NCBI GenBank assembly: GCA_038087875.1
Contig: CM075995.1
Span: 8,124,001 to 8,188,000, forward strand
DNA: 64,000 nucleotides
DNA from: Malacoraja senta
Taxonomy: Eukaryota
Direction of reading: 5' to 3'
Part shown: positions 50,573 through 62,812 of the stretch, one piece after another
Layout of the letters: each line of letters opens with the position of its first letter
Position numbering within the stretch: the first letter of the stretch is position 1
The notes under the pieces: generated by a model
The model's input: the letters and a program-made list of their open reading frames with translations, nothing else
The model's database searches: none
What the model was told of the DNA's origin: nothing
Program-made: the position numbers and the translations under genes

Positions 50573-53500
50573 GTCCACATTTACACCTGTAACCAGGTCA
50601 CAGTTGCTCCCGGCATTAAAAATAACAAACTGCAGATGCGTGAAAATTTGATGAAGGATCGCGGACTTGAAACGTTGTCTCTGTTCCAGTCTTCAAGGTC
50701 GCTGCCTGACCTGCTGAGTCTTTCTACCACTTTCTGTTTCCATATTGTATATTTTGGGGTTTTCCATATACTGATTACCAATATTTTCTTGAAAATTTTA
50801 AAAATTTTGAATACCATCTTTTATGGCAAGTTCGTAGAATGGTTGAAGCGGTCTGTTTAGACACAAGGCAGCAATATCCGATTAAATCTTTATTTCCCTT
50901 CTTTCCTTCATAGGATTTTATATTACGAAGGGTCTGTTTTGGGAATTCCTTCGCTCTTCCCATATACGTATTTAGCTCCCCTTCCAGGCAAGTAAAAATT
51001 CCTTGCACAGAGATGATCATAATTTTTATTTTAGTTTATTGTCACGTGTACCGGGGTACAGTGAAAAGCTTTTAAGTCTGAAGAAGGGTCTCGACCCAAA
51101 ACGTCACCTATTCCTTCGCTCCATAGATGCTGCCTCACCCGCTGAGTTTCTCCAGCATTTTTGTCCGCCTTCGGTTTTTCCAGCATCTGCAGTTCTTTCT
51201 TGAGCAATGTGCTATCCAGTCAGCAGAAAGACAATACATGATTACAATCGAGCCATCCCCACTGTACAGATACATGATAAAGTGAGAAATGTTGCTGTAG
51301 GAGGAGAGATTTAAGAGTGTGTAGCGATTGTAATGTGTGATTGTAGATCTGCTTCTGTGGCCAGCATGCAAACAGTCGCCTGGGGTGGGCACCATCTTGG
51401 AAGATATTAGGTTAGGTTTAGGTTTATTGCAACTTGTACTGAGGTAACAGTAAAAAGCTTTGTTTTACACGCTATCCAAACAGATCAGATATTACCATAG
51501 GTAGATCCAATCAGTTCAAACTAGAACAAAGGGAAAGATGCAGAGTGCGGAATATAGTTCATAAATTCATGGTGCAGTCATATACACCAATGACTGCATC
51601 ATGAAAGTGACACAGCTGACGGCCTGGTGCCATCGCAACAACCTGGAGCTCAATACCCTTAAGACAGTGGAATTGATTGTAGACTTTAGGAGAGCTCCCC
51701 TCACCCCACTCACCATCAACAACATCACAGTCACATCTGTGGGATCTTTTAAGTTCCTGGGAACCATCATCTCCAAGGACCTTAAATGGGGGGGCCACCA
51801 TCAACTCCACAGTCAAAAAGGCACAACAGAGGATGTACTTCCTCAAGTCAAGTCAAGTCACATTTATTTATATAGCACATTTAAAAAACAACTCTCGTTG
51901 GCCAAAGTGCTTTACATTTGTTATAAGAATAATATAAACAAACAAACTACATACATATATACATATAGCCCTCGCTCAGAGGACGTCAAGAAAGGCTTGG
52001 GAGTATAGATAGGTTTTTAGTCTTGACTTAAAGGAGTCGATGGAGGGGGCAGTTCTGATGGGAAGGGGGATGCTGTTCCACAGTCTAGGAGCTGCGGCAG
52101 CTGAGGAAGCACAATCTGCCACAGGCAATGATGGTCCAATTCTATACGGCCATCGTAGAGTCTGTCCTCACCTTCTCCATCGTGGTCTGGTTGGCTCAGC
52201 CACCAAGCACGACATCCGGAGGCTGCAGCGAATCGTCTGATCAGCTGAGAAGGTTATTGGCTGCAACCTTCCCTCATTTGACGAACTGTACACTGCAAGG
52301 GCCAGGAAGCGAGCGGGTAACATAGAAACATAGAAAATAGGTGCAGGAGTAGGCCATTCGGCCCTTCCAACCTCCAGCGCCATTCAATACGATCATGGCC
52401 AATCATCCAACTCAGTATCCTGTACCTGCCTTCTCTCCATACCCCCTGATCCCTTTAGCCACAAGGGCCACATCTAACTCCCTCTTAAATATAGCCAATG
52501 AACTGGCCTCAACTACTTTCTATGGCAGAGAATTCCACAGATTCACCACTCTCTGTGTGAAAAAAAAATGTTTCATCACGGTCCTAAAAGACTTCCCCCT
52601 TATCCTTAAACTGTGACCCCTTGTTCTGGACTTCCCCAACATCGGGAACAATCTTCCTGCATCTAGCCTGTGCAACCCCTTAAGAATTTTGTAAGTTTCT
52701 ATAAGATTCCCCCCTCAATCTTCTAAATTCTAACGAGTACAAGCCGAGTCTATCCAGTCTTTCTTCATATGAAAGTCCTGCCATCCCAGGAAAGTCCTGC
52801 CATCCCAGAAACCAATCAGTCTGGTGAACCTTCTTTGTACTCCCTCTATGGCAAGAATGCCTTTCCTCTGATTAGGAGACCAAAACTGTACACAATACTC
52901 CAGGTGTGTTCTCACCAAGGCCCTGTACAACTGCAGTAGAACCTCCCTGCTCCTATACTCAAATCCTTTTGCTATGAATGCTAACATACCATTTGCTTTT
53001 TTCACTGCCTGCTGCACTTCCATGCCTACTTTTTTTTTTTTTTTTTTTAATTTTTTTTTTTTTAATTTTTATTTATTAGAAGTACATTACATTACAACCA
53101 CATACATTAATACTCGTCATTTGTATCTTCTTACAATTAATGTACTCCCTTTATTTTTTTTTTACACTAGAAAATGAAAAGATTGAAAGAAAGAAGAAAG
53201 TGAAGGAAAAAGTGAAAGTGGAGAAAAGTGTAGAAAATGTAACAACAAAAAAGGACGAAGACCCTATAAGAGCGAAATTAAAAACTAAAAAAAAAGAGTT
53301 AAGAGATAGGCCCTAGGAAAAAAAAGAGAAAGAGAGGAAAAAAGAAAAAAAATATATATATATATTTTTTTGAGTATTACGTAAATAGGACATACCAACT
53401 TTTCAACTATCATCCCCCCTTACCTGACCTCAATTTTTTTATTTTTTTTAAAGTACTTTTGCACCCTATGTTTGTAATAATTCTATAAATGCAGACCACG

Positions 53501-53601
53501 TCAGGTGGAAGTGATCTGGTTTACCTGCTAGGAGGAGTCTTATCTCTTCTAGGTGTAATGTTTCAAACATATTTGAAATCCACATATTTATAGTTGGTAT
53601 T

Positions 53602-53804
53602 TGTAGATGAGATATGCATGTGCCTTTAACATAGTGACCTCACACCCACTAACCACTCCCCATATCACAAGTATAACTACAACCTCCACACCCACAGATC
53701 GCTCTCTAGTTCCTGTGACAGACCACGTACAGCTAGTGCAATGTATAATGTCCAGTATGAATAAAAATAGTAAAGTAACGATGTCTCGATATCAATCCTT
53801 TACA
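53602..53804 (+). repeat. 5' LTR
   Basis: TGTAGATGAG...CCTTTACA; identical by eye to 58139-58341; contains AATAAA. Confidence 0.97.
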
Positions 53805-53896
53805 TGGTGTCAAATAACGTACCTTGCGCCTCCCGTTTATCGGTTTATCATTTAATTTTGACCCAGTTTTTTGTTTCCCCCCCTAACTGTTTTGTT

Positions 53897-56800
53897 ATGG
53901 CCTCTTCTGCCCGTAAGCCCGATGCGCTCGTTTTCGATTTCGACATCGCCCTTCGATGGGACATATTCAAACGCGACTTTGAACACTATTTCACGATTGC
54001 CCATCCTGGCGCCACCGACGCTCTCAAAGCCTCGCTGCTTCTCAACTTGGCTGGTCCCAACGCCTTGACTCGCTCGGACTTCTTCGTCTACGCTCCTGGA
54101 GAATCAGCTCGGGACCCGGCATGTCTGTTGGCTAAGTTTGACGCTATTTGTGACATTCCTACTAATTGTATTTTAGAACGTTTTAAACTGTTCGCGCGGC
54201 GTCAGCTCCCTGGGGAATCGGCTGAGAACTATGTCATTGCGCTGCGGGACCTGGGCAGGCGCTGCCGCCTCGAGACGTGGACCCCCGATAATGTCATCAG
54301 GGACCTACTGGTTTACGGTCTCCGTGATGAGAAGCTCAGGTCCGAACTACTTCGCAAGCCGGATCTGACCTTGACCGATGCAATGCACGCTACTCGCTTA
54401 GCCGACGCTGTTTCCGCGGCGGCGCCGCCGGCTGAACAGGCGATCAACTTTGCCAGCACTCCTAGCTATCCCATGAACGCACCCCAGTCGCGACCCCCGG
54501 TGTCGCTCGCTGCTCGAGGGGGACGCGCCCCGGGGTTCGGTGGTGCCACAAGGGGAGACACCCAGCAAAGGTGCCCTAATTGCAACTTCACATCTCATCA
54601 GTTCAATGTGTGCCCTGCGCTGGGAAAGTACTGCAAATCCTGTAATAAGTTGAACCATTTTGCTGCAGCCTGTCGTTCCCGTGGGAAGCCTGTCGCTGCT
54701 CGAAGGCAAAATTTAAACAACCTTCTACAGTCGGATAATGATCTCAGCTCCCAGCACTATTCCGATGAACATTCTGTTCCTACATCCGACTCCTCTCAGG
54801 CAGAAACCAGCTTGTTTACCGTGGTGAACGCACCTGCTATGATAACGGATCCTTCTGTGCAAGTCACTGTGAACAACTCGACCTTCACGGCCAAAATCGA
54901 CACTGGGGCGGTTACCAATGTTATGTCAACATCTCTTTTCAACCAGATAAGGACTAATGAGAAGATATTTTCTCAGAGCTCAAATCTGCATGCCTACGGT
55001 GGGGAGATCCTTACTCCTGTGGGCAAGGCCACACTACACTGTAAGATACTGAAGGCCACTCGGCCCCTCACCTTCTTTATCCTCAATCGAAGTTGCGTTC
55101 CCCTGCTGGGGATCCAGGCATGCCAGGAAATGGGACTGGTGTCCTTCCACCGGGACATCCACCACGTGCGGCCTCTTATGGACCCGCTGGCCGAGTATCC
55201 TGACCGCTTTGATGATAAGCTAGGCAAACTACCCTGCAGCTACAAGATTGAAGTGGACCATAAGATCGTTCCTGTGGTCCATGCTCCTCACCGTATTTCC
55301 TTCGCCATGAGGGACAAAGTGGAGGCGACCCTACACAGTATGGTACAAATGGGCGTCCTAAAGGCGGTCGTCGAGCCCACCAGCTGGGTCTCTTCTATGG
55401 TTGTTGCTGCTAAAAAGGACATGAGTGAGATACGCATCTGCATCAACCCCAGAGACCTCAACCTGGCCATTCGGCGCCCTCACTACCCTATGAGAACGGT
55501 GGAAGACGTCGCTGCACGGGTTGGTCCAGCAACGGTCTTTTCGGTCCTCGATGCCAAGAGTTCATTCTGGCAGATACCACTGGACGAGCGGTCGTCCATT
55601 TTGACAACCTTCGCCACCCCCTACGGAAGGTTTCGGTTCCTCCGAATGCCCTTCGGAATCAACTCTGCCAGCGAGGTATTCCAGCGAACCATGGAACAGT
55701 TGTTTTCAGATCTGCCTTGCGCCATAATTGTTGACGACATCCTCGTTTACGGTAAGGATGTTGCCGAACACGATGTCAACCTCCGCCTGATCCTGGACCG
55801 GGCCAGGCAAATCAACTTGAAACTGAACCCCAAGAAGTGCCGATTCCGCGTCTCGGAGGTCACCTATGTTGGACACGTATTCACCGCTGAGGGGCTGAAG
55901 CCTGACCCGCAGAAAACGACTGCCATCTCAGGTATGCCTCCTCCTATTAACGTGGCAGGCCTGCAACGCTTTCTCGGCTTGGTAAACTACCTGGGGAAGT
56001 TCATCCCCGACCTAAGCGAGCTCAGCGCTCCCCTGAGGGATCTGATCAAAAAGGACACTTCCTGGCTTTGGTTACCCAATCATCAGAAGGCATTTGACAT
56101 TCTTAAGTCTAAACTGATCAGCACACCCACGCTCAAGTTCTTTGACCTGCGGCATCCCATTGTCCTCACCTGCGACGCCTCTCAATTCGGACTCGGTGCC
56201 GCCTGCCTCCAGGTCCATGACGGCCTGCAGATGCCTGTCTCATTCGCGTCCCGCACCATGACCGCCACCGAACAGCACTACGCGCAGATTGAGAAGGAGC
56301 TACTGGCCGTGCTGTTTGCCTGCTCCAAATTCCGGGACTACATCGTGGGCAACACTTTCACCGTTGAAACTGACCATCAACCACTTGTTACCATCCTCAA
56401 CAAACCGATCCATGTGGCCTCATCACGTCTGCAGCGCATGCTGCTGCAGCTCCAGCGTTTCACGTTCACGGTGGTTTATCGTAAGGGGAAGGACATGTTC
56501 GTAGCCGACACGTTGTCTCGCGCCCCGCTGACGTCCACTGCTCGCCACCAATACGAAACGTCCGAGTTACTAGTACTACGATTGAACTTCGTCCCCTCGC
56601 CACAGATGAAGTCCCTGGTTGAACACACTACCAACGACCCTGCCCTGCAACAGCTGTCTGCCGTCATCCGGCAGGGCTGGCCTGACCGTCGCTCGGCACT
56701 GCCGGCTGGAGCCGTGCCCTACTTCCTGATTCGGGACGAGCTCGTATTGCACGACGGCGTGGTGGTGAAGGGTCACAAAGTGGTCGTGCCCGCGGCGCTG

Positions 56801-58069
56801 CACGACCACTATTTTCAGGTCGCACACCGCGGTCACACTGGGGCCGAAGCCACTTTGTCTCTCGCCAAGGCACAGTTCTATTGGCCGGATATGGCAAAGT
56901 ACATCCGGGAGAGGGTCTCATCGTGTTCCACCTGCAACAGCCGCGCCCCCCATCAGCAGCGTCAGCCGCTTCTACAGCAGCCCGCGCCCGGACTGCCCTG
57001 GATGGCGCTCGCCACAGACATTTTCGAGTGGCGGGGCAAACATTTCCTGGTACTCGTTGACTTCTACTCCAGCTGGTTTGCGGTTGACCGGCTGCCTTCC
57101 GTGACCTCTTCGGCCGTCATCGACAGGTTGGACCCTCACTTTAGCACTTTTGGCCCCCCGGCAAGCCTGCAGTCGGACAATGGCAGCCAGTTCACGAGCT
57201 CCGAGTTTAAAGCGTTCGCTTCCAGATGGAACTTTCGCCATTTCACAAGCAGCCCGGAGTACCCGCAAAGCAACGGTTTGGCCGAGCGCGCGGTACGCAG
57301 TGCTAAGCACTTGTTGGAACAGTGTGGTGGCATTAACTCCGACTTCCACCTGGCCCTCCTCAGCCTTCGGAACATCTCCCGCGACCCTGCCATGGGTTCA
57401 CCTGCTCAGCGGCTCCTGTCTCGCGCTACCAGGCTCCCACTCCCGGTGGCCCAGCGATCCCTCATACCCTCGGTCCTTCCACCTGCGGCGGTTCAGAAAC
57501 GGATTGCCTTCAGGCAAGACGTCCAAAAGCGGTCCCATGACAGGTCCTGCCACCCGCTGCCGCCCCTCTTCCCCGGTCAAGTAGTCCGTATGCAGACCAC
57601 TCCCGGCCACTCCAAGCTCGCTACTGTCGTCGGCTCTGCGGGGTCGCCCAGGTCCTATTTCGTCGACTACTCTGGGACCATTTACCGACGGTCTCGCCAG
57701 CACCTTCGGCTCGTCCACGAGCCGCGTCCTCCTCCCGCCGATCCCTTTGCTCCCCCGCTGCCTGTTTCCCGTCCGGCCGTTGCCCTGCCCGTGATTCCCT
57801 GCATGCCTCGCTCTGCTCCTCCTTCGCCCCCTCCGCTCCAACACACTCCGACTAGTCCTCGGACGCCTCCCCGCGCTCTCCCCGGTCCCGGCCCCGCATC
57901 CCCTCCGGTTTCGGTGCCGCGATCTCTTCCGTTTCCTCCCGTTTCTCCCTTTCAGGTTCGTCTGTCCCCGCTGGTGCCTCTTCCTCCTCCAGGAAGGGTG
58001 GATGGCGAGACGCGAACCCGGGCGGGACGTCTGGTCAAACCGCCTGACCGCTATGGCGATGTTGCCTAG
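53897..58069 (+). CDS. Gag-Pol polyprotein, single ORF of 1390 aa
   Basis: Two CCHC knuckles (CPNCNFTSHQFNVC, CKSCNKLNHFAAAC), protease DTGA, RT (LDAKSSFWQ, MPFG, IVDD), RNase H (CDAS, EKELLA, TDH), integrase HHCC and D-D-E (ATDIF, SDNG, AERAV); PR-RT-RH-IN order. Confidence 0.97.
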   Translation: MASSARKPDALVFDFDIALRWDIFKRDFEHYFTIAHPGATDALKASLLLNLAGPNALTRSDFFVYAPGESARDPACLLAKFDAICDIPTNCILERFKLFARRQLPGESAENYVIALRDLGRRCRLETWTPDNVIRDLLVYGLRDEKLRSELLRKPDLTLTDAMHATRLADAVSAAAPPAEQAINFASTPSYPMNAPQSRPPVSLAARGGRAPGFGGATRGDTQQRCPNCNFTSHQFNVCPALGKYCKSCNKLNHFAAACRSRGKPVAARRQNLNNLLQSDNDLSSQHYSDEHSVPTSDSSQAETSLFTVVNAPAMITDPSVQVTVNNSTFTAKIDTGAVTNVMSTSLFNQIRTNEKIFSQSSNLHAYGGEILTPVGKATLHCKILKATRPLTFFILNRSCVPLLGIQACQEMGLVSFHRDIHHVRPLMDPLAEYPDRFDDKLGKLPCSYKIEVDHKIVPVVHAPHRISFAMRDKVEATLHSMVQMGVLKAVVEPTSWVSSMVVAAKKDMSEIRICINPRDLNLAIRRPHYPMRTVEDVAARVGPATVFSVLDAKSSFWQIPLDERSSILTTFATPYGRFRFLRMPFGINSASEVFQRTMEQLFSDLPCAIIVDDILVYGKDVAEHDVNLRLILDRARQINLKLNPKKCRFRVSEVTYVGHVFTAEGLKPDPQKTTAISGMPPPINVAGLQRFLGLVNYLGKFIPDLSELSAPLRDLIKKDTSWLWLPNHQKAFDILKSKLISTPTLKFFDLRHPIVLTCDASQFGLGAACLQVHDGLQMPVSFASRTMTATEQHYAQIEKELLAVLFACSKFRDYIVGNTFTVETDHQPLVTILNKPIHVASSRLQRMLLQLQRFTFTVVYRKGKDMFVADTLSRAPLTSTARHQYETSELLVLRLNFVPSPQMKSLVEHTTNDPALQQLSAVIRQGWPDRRSALPAGAVPYFLIRDELVLHDGVVVKGHKVVVPAALHDHYFQVAHRGHTGAEATLSLAKAQFYWPDMAKYIRERVSSCSTCNSRAPHQQRQPLLQQPAPGLPWMALATDIFEWRGKHFLVLVDFYSSWFAVDRLPSVTSSAVIDRLDPHFSTFGPPASLQSDNGSQFTSSEFKAFASRWNFRHFTSSPEYPQSNGLAERAVRSAKHLLEQCGGINSDFHLALLSLRNISRDPAMGSPAQRLLSRATRLPLPVAQRSLIPSVLPPAAVQKRIAFRQDVQKRSHDRSCHPLPPLFPGQVVRMQTTPGHSKLATVVGSAGSPRSYFVDYSGTIYRRSRQHLRLVHEPRPPPADPFAPPLPVSRPAVALPVIPCMPRSAPPSPPPLQHTPTSPRTPPRALPGPGPASPPVSVPRSLPFPPVSPFQVRLSPLVPLPPPGRVDGETRTRAGRLVKPPDRYGDVA

Positions 58070-58138
58070 CTATCCTAGCGCATGAGCCGTGGTCGCCATG
58101 TCACCTTTGTATTTGCCTGTCGTTTCGGGGAGGAAGGA

Positions 58139-58341
58139 TGTAGATGAGATATGCATGTGCCTTTAACATAGTGACCTCACACCCACTAACCACTCCCCAT
58201 ATCACAAGTATAACTACAACCTCCACACCCACAGATCGCTCTCTAGTTCCTGTGACAGACCACGTACAGCTAGTGCAATGTATAATGTCCAGTATGAATA
58301 AAAATAGTAAAGTAACGATGTCTCGATATCAATCCTTTACA
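58139..58341 (+). repeat. 3' LTR
   Basis: Identical by eye to the 5' LTR. Confidence 0.97.
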
Positions 58342-61300
58342 GTATTGGAGCCTTCTTCCAAAATTTTAGAATTAGCTTTTTTCCAGTTATTAACCCATAT
58401 GCCTACTTTTAATGACTGGTGTACCATGACACCCAGGTCTCGTTGCATCTCCCCTTTTCCTAATCGGCCACCATTCAGATAATAGTCTACTTTCCTATTC
58501 TTGCCACCAAAGTGGATAACCTCACATTTCACCACTTTCCAAATATGCTGCTATCCCATCTTTAATAACTGACTCTAGCATTTTCCCCACTACCGATGTG
58601 AGACTAACTGGTCTGTAATTCCCCGTTTTCTCCCTCCCTCCCATTTTAAAAAGTGGGGTTACATTAGCTACCCTCCAATCCTCAGGAACTACTCCAGAAT
58701 CTAAAGAGTTTTGAAAAATTATCACTAATGCATCCACTATTTCAGGGGCTACTTCCTTAAGTACTCTGGGATGCAGCCTATCTAGCCCTGGGGATTTATC
58801 GGCCTTTAATCCATTCAATTTACCTAACACCACTTCCCAACTAACCTGTATGTCACTCAGTTCCTCCATCTCATTTGACCCCTGCTATTTCTGGCAGATT
58901 ATTTATGTCTTCCTTAGTGAAGACAGAACCAAAGTAGTTATTCAATTGGTCTGCCATGTCCTTGTTCCTAATGATCAATTCACATGTTTCTGACTGCAAG
59001 GGACCTACATTTGTTTTAACTAATCTTTTTTCTCTTCACATATCTATAAAAGCTTTTGCAGTCAGTTTTTATGTTCCCTGCCAGTTTTCTTACATAATCT
59101 ATTTTCCCTTTCCTAATTAAACCCTTTGTCCTCCTCTGCTGGACTGAATTTCTCCCAGTGGTAGGCTGCTTTTTCTGGCTAATTTGTATGCTTCATCTTT
59201 TGTTTTCATACTATCCCTGATTTCCCTTGTTATCCACGGATGCACTACCTTCCCTGATTTATTCTTTTGCCAAACTGGGATGAACAATTGTTGTAGTTCA
59301 TCTCTGACCTCTCTCACCCATGCCACAAACTCTTTGAATCACTTCCATCTGGAAGGCGACTCCGGACTGTCTAAGCTGCCACAGCCAGACATAAAAGCAG
59401 CATTTTTCCACAAGTAGTAGCTCTACTCAATAACCAAAAAACTGTAGCCTCCTTTTGCTCTGGTATTTTATTTAATTCACATGTTTAATCGATAATGTTT
59501 TATTATTAATGTTTAATATTTTATGTGTCATTCTTAACTGTCACTGTATGTCATGTTGCCACTTGCGGGCGGAGCACCAAAGCGAATTCCTTGTATGTGA
59601 ATATAATTGGCCAATAAACTTATTAATTAATTCATTCAAGATCATAAGTAAAAGGAGTAGAATTAGGCTATTCGGCCCATCAAGTCTACTCCACCATTCC
59701 ATCATGGGTGATCTATCTCACCTTCCTGACCCCATTCTCCCCATAACCCCTGACCCAGTACTGTTCTCAGAATTGTAGTACATCAGTTCCTTGGACAAAG
59801 TCCAATGTCGTAATTAGCGTTAAACCTCACGAGGCCTCGGCAAGGCCAGCAGCATAATCGAGGACGAGTCGCACCTTGCCCACTCCCTCTTCTCCCCTCT
59901 CACAACGGGCAAAAGGTGTAGAAGTGTGAAAACGCACGCCTCCAGATTCAGGGACAGTTTCTTCCCAGCTGTTATCAGGCAACTGAATCATCCAACCGAC
60001 AAGCAGAGAGCGGGCCTGAACTATTATCTACCTCAAGGGAGACACTTGGACTATCTTTAAACTTTTCTGGACATTATCTTGCACTAAATGTTATTCCCTT
60101 TATCATGTATCAGTACACTGTGGACGGCTCGATTGTAATCATCTTTAGTTTTTTCACTGGCTGGATAGCACGCAACAGATGCTTTTCACTGTACCCCGGT
60201 ACATGTGACAATAAATTAAACTGAACTGTAAATGGGGACGAGGTGAATCAAACAGCATTCAAGCTGATGGAAGGAATTCTGTTCAGAAGCTTGATAGCAG
60301 AGGGGAAAACGCTGTTTGTGAGGGAAAAAATGAGAAAATGGTGGAATATTAGCTATTTGAGAGAAGGGATAGATTTAACAGGAATCTGACGGGCAACATT
60401 TTCACACAAATGGTGATGGGTGCATGGAACAAGCTACCAGAGGAGATGGTTGAGGCAGGTACTACACTTGGACAGGGGTACATGGATGGGATAGGCTTAA
60501 GGATATGGGCTAAATGTGGGCAGATGAGACCAGCTTAGATGGGGCATCTTGGTTGGCATGTGTCAAAGAATGGCCGGCATGGTGGCGCAGCGGTATAGTC
60601 GCTGCCTTACAGTGCTTGCTGCAGCGCCGGAGACCTGGGTTCGATCCCGACTACAGGTGCTGTCTGCGTTGGTTTTCTCCGAGATACTTGGTTTCCTCCC
60701 ACACTCCAGGTTTGTAGGTTAATTGTCTTATGTGTATAAATTGTATACTTGGTATAAATGTAAATTGTCCCTTGTGAGTGTAGGCTTGTGTTAATGTACG
60801 GAGATGGCTGGTCGTGCGGACTCGGTGGGCCGAAGGGCCTGTTTCCGCGCTGTATCACCAAACTAAACTAAACAAAAATAGAATGCTGATACTGGAATCT
60901 TGAGAAAACGCAAAATACCGGAGGAACTCAGCGTGTCGGGCAGAATCTGTGGAGGAAAAATTGGACAAATGACATTGTGAAGGAAGGAACTACAGAGGCT
61001 GGTCTATACCGAAGATGGACACAAAATGCTGGAGTAACTCAGCGGGACAGGCAGCATCTCTGGAGAGAAGGAGTAGGTGACGTTTAGGGTTTCTGAAGAA
61101 GGGTTCTGACCTGAAACGTCGCCTATTCCTTTTCTCCGGAGATGCTGCCTGACCCGCTGAGTTGCTCCAGCATTTTGTGTCCACAAACGACATTGGGAGA
61201 CGAAAACCTCCTTCAGACTGACGACTTAATGAAGGCGAGTCAACTCTAGAATATTTGATTGTATTTGTAATCAGTTAAACCCATGAACTAAAGGCATTCC

Positions 61301-61868
61301 CACACTCCAAGACACCACTATTAGGAAATGAGAAAGTTGAATCCACTGATTAAATTAATTGCTTAGGTTTTGTCCATAATCCCACTTCAGATTAATAGAG
61401 GCAAAATTAATTGCTGTAATGCAGACATTATGTGAAGGAAGCTGTATAACTCAATGTCTCTAAGTGAATTTCATTAACAAGTCATCTCAAATAATGTTGA
61501 TCTACATCTGTTATTAATAAATTGAATACAAATTAACTTGTGAATGGATTGTGAAGGCTGCTTTTCAATTTCAAATAATTATAGAATAGAAAGGTACCAT
61601 TAAATTGTAGAGTTTCATTACATTAATGGCATTAATGATAAGCAAACGAAAACTGCTGGAGGAACTCGCAGAATGTGTAGGTAGGAACTGCAGATGCTGG
61701 TTTACACTGAAGATAGACACAAAATGCTGGAATAACTCAGCGGGCCAGGCAGCGTCTGGATAGAAGGGATAGGTGACGTTTTGAGTCGAGACCCATTTTC
61801 AGACAGTCAGGGGAGAGGGAGACTGGAGATATGGAGGAGTACGGTGTGAAAACGACAGATCAAAGCAA

Positions 61869-62192
61869 GGGTGGCACGGTGGCGCAGCGGTAGAGTTGCT
61901 GCCTTACAGCGCTTGCAGCGCCAGAGACCCGGGTTTGATCCCGACTACGGGTGCTGCTGTCTGTACGGAGTTTGTACGTTCTCCCTGTGACCTGCGTGGG
62001 TTTTCCCCGAGATCTTCGGTTTCCTCCCACATTCCAAAGACGTACAGGTTTGTAGGTTAATTGGCTTGATTATAAATGTAAAATTGTCCCTAGTGTGTGT
62101 AGGGTAGTGTTAGTGCGTTGGGATCGCTGGGCGGCGCGGACTCGTTGGGCTGAAGGGCCCGTTTCCACGCTGAATGTCTGAACTAAACTAAA
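61869..62192 (+). mobile_element. Full-length tRNA-derived SINE (HE1/V-SINE-like)
   Basis: GGTGGCGCAGCGGTAG A-box, GGTTTGATCCC B-box-like, central domain, CTAAA tail. Confidence 0.88.
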
Positions 62193-62282
62193 CCCACTTT
62201 GTACTATTACTTTGTGTAATAGACATTCAACAAATCATACACTTAAAGAAGTACGGACATTTATGGCTATTATCAAATGAAA

Positions 62283-62812
62283 ATTTGGTCTCCTAATTTG
62301 AGGTGGGACATTCTTGCCATTGAGGGGGTGCAGCATAGGTTCACGAGGTTAATTCCCGGGATGGCGGAACTGACATATGTTGAGAGAATGGAGCGACTGG
62401 GCTTGTATACACTGGAATTTAGAGGGATGAGAGGGGATCTTATTGAAACATATAAGATTATTAAGGGATTGGACATGCTAGAGGCAGGAAACGTGTTCCC
62501 AATGATGGGGGAGTCCAGAACTAGGGGCCACAGTTTAAGAATAAGGAGTAGGCCATTTCGAACGGAAATGAGGAAAAACGTTTTCACCCAGAGAGTTGTG
62601 AATCTGTGGAATTCTCTGCCTCAGAAGGCAGTGGAGGTCAAATCTCTGGATGCTTTCAAGAGAGTGTTAGATAGAGCTCTTGAAGATAGCGGAGTCAAGG
62701 GATATGGGGCGAAGGCAGGAACGGGGTACTGATTGTGGATGATTAGCGATGATCACTGTGAATGGCGATGCTGGCACGAAGGGCCAAATGGCCTACTGCA
62801 CCTATTGTCTAT
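62283..62812 (+). mobile_element. CR1 3' fragment
   Basis: ORF 62277-62732 plus CTATTGT tail. Confidence 0.88.

Larger units (their letters stand above)
53602..58341 (+). mobile_element. Intact Gypsy/Ty3 LTR retrotransposon (Mag-like)
   Basis: 203-bp TG...CA LTRs; 5-bp TSD GTATT (53597-53601, 58342-58346); PBS-like TGGTGTCA at 53805; PPT GGGGAGGAAGGA at 58127-58138. Confidence 0.98.
53034..58398 (-). mobile_element. Short 5'-truncated L1 3' end (53034-53601 and 58342-58398) interrupted by Gypsy
   Basis: Poly-T at 53030-53065; matches the L1 end at ~42360-42590; TSD ATGCCTACTTTT at 53022-53033 and 58399-58410. Confidence 0.85.
52321..59300 (-). mobile_element. CR1 fragment (52321-53030 and 58399-59300) interrupted by L1 and Gypsy
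   Basis: ORFs 58522-58869 (KSPG, NYRPVSLTS), 58329-58535 and 52730-53023 join across the insertion. Confidence 0.88.
51590..59600 (+). mobile_element. Rex1-like LINE 3' fragment split by later insertions (pieces ~51590-51843, ~52095-52320, ~59298-59600)
   Basis: WCHRNNLELNTLKTVELIVDFRR...FKFLG, then FYTAIVESVLTFSI; resumes at TCATCTCTGACCTCTCTCACCC after the CR1. An L2-like 3' end sits at ~51845-52094 (-). Confidence 0.75.

Noticed and set aside
61869..61950. tRNA-like heads (GGTGGCGCAGCGGTAG...GGTTCGATCC) at about 15 sites
   Set aside because: Each continues into a SINE body and tail; they are not tRNA genes.
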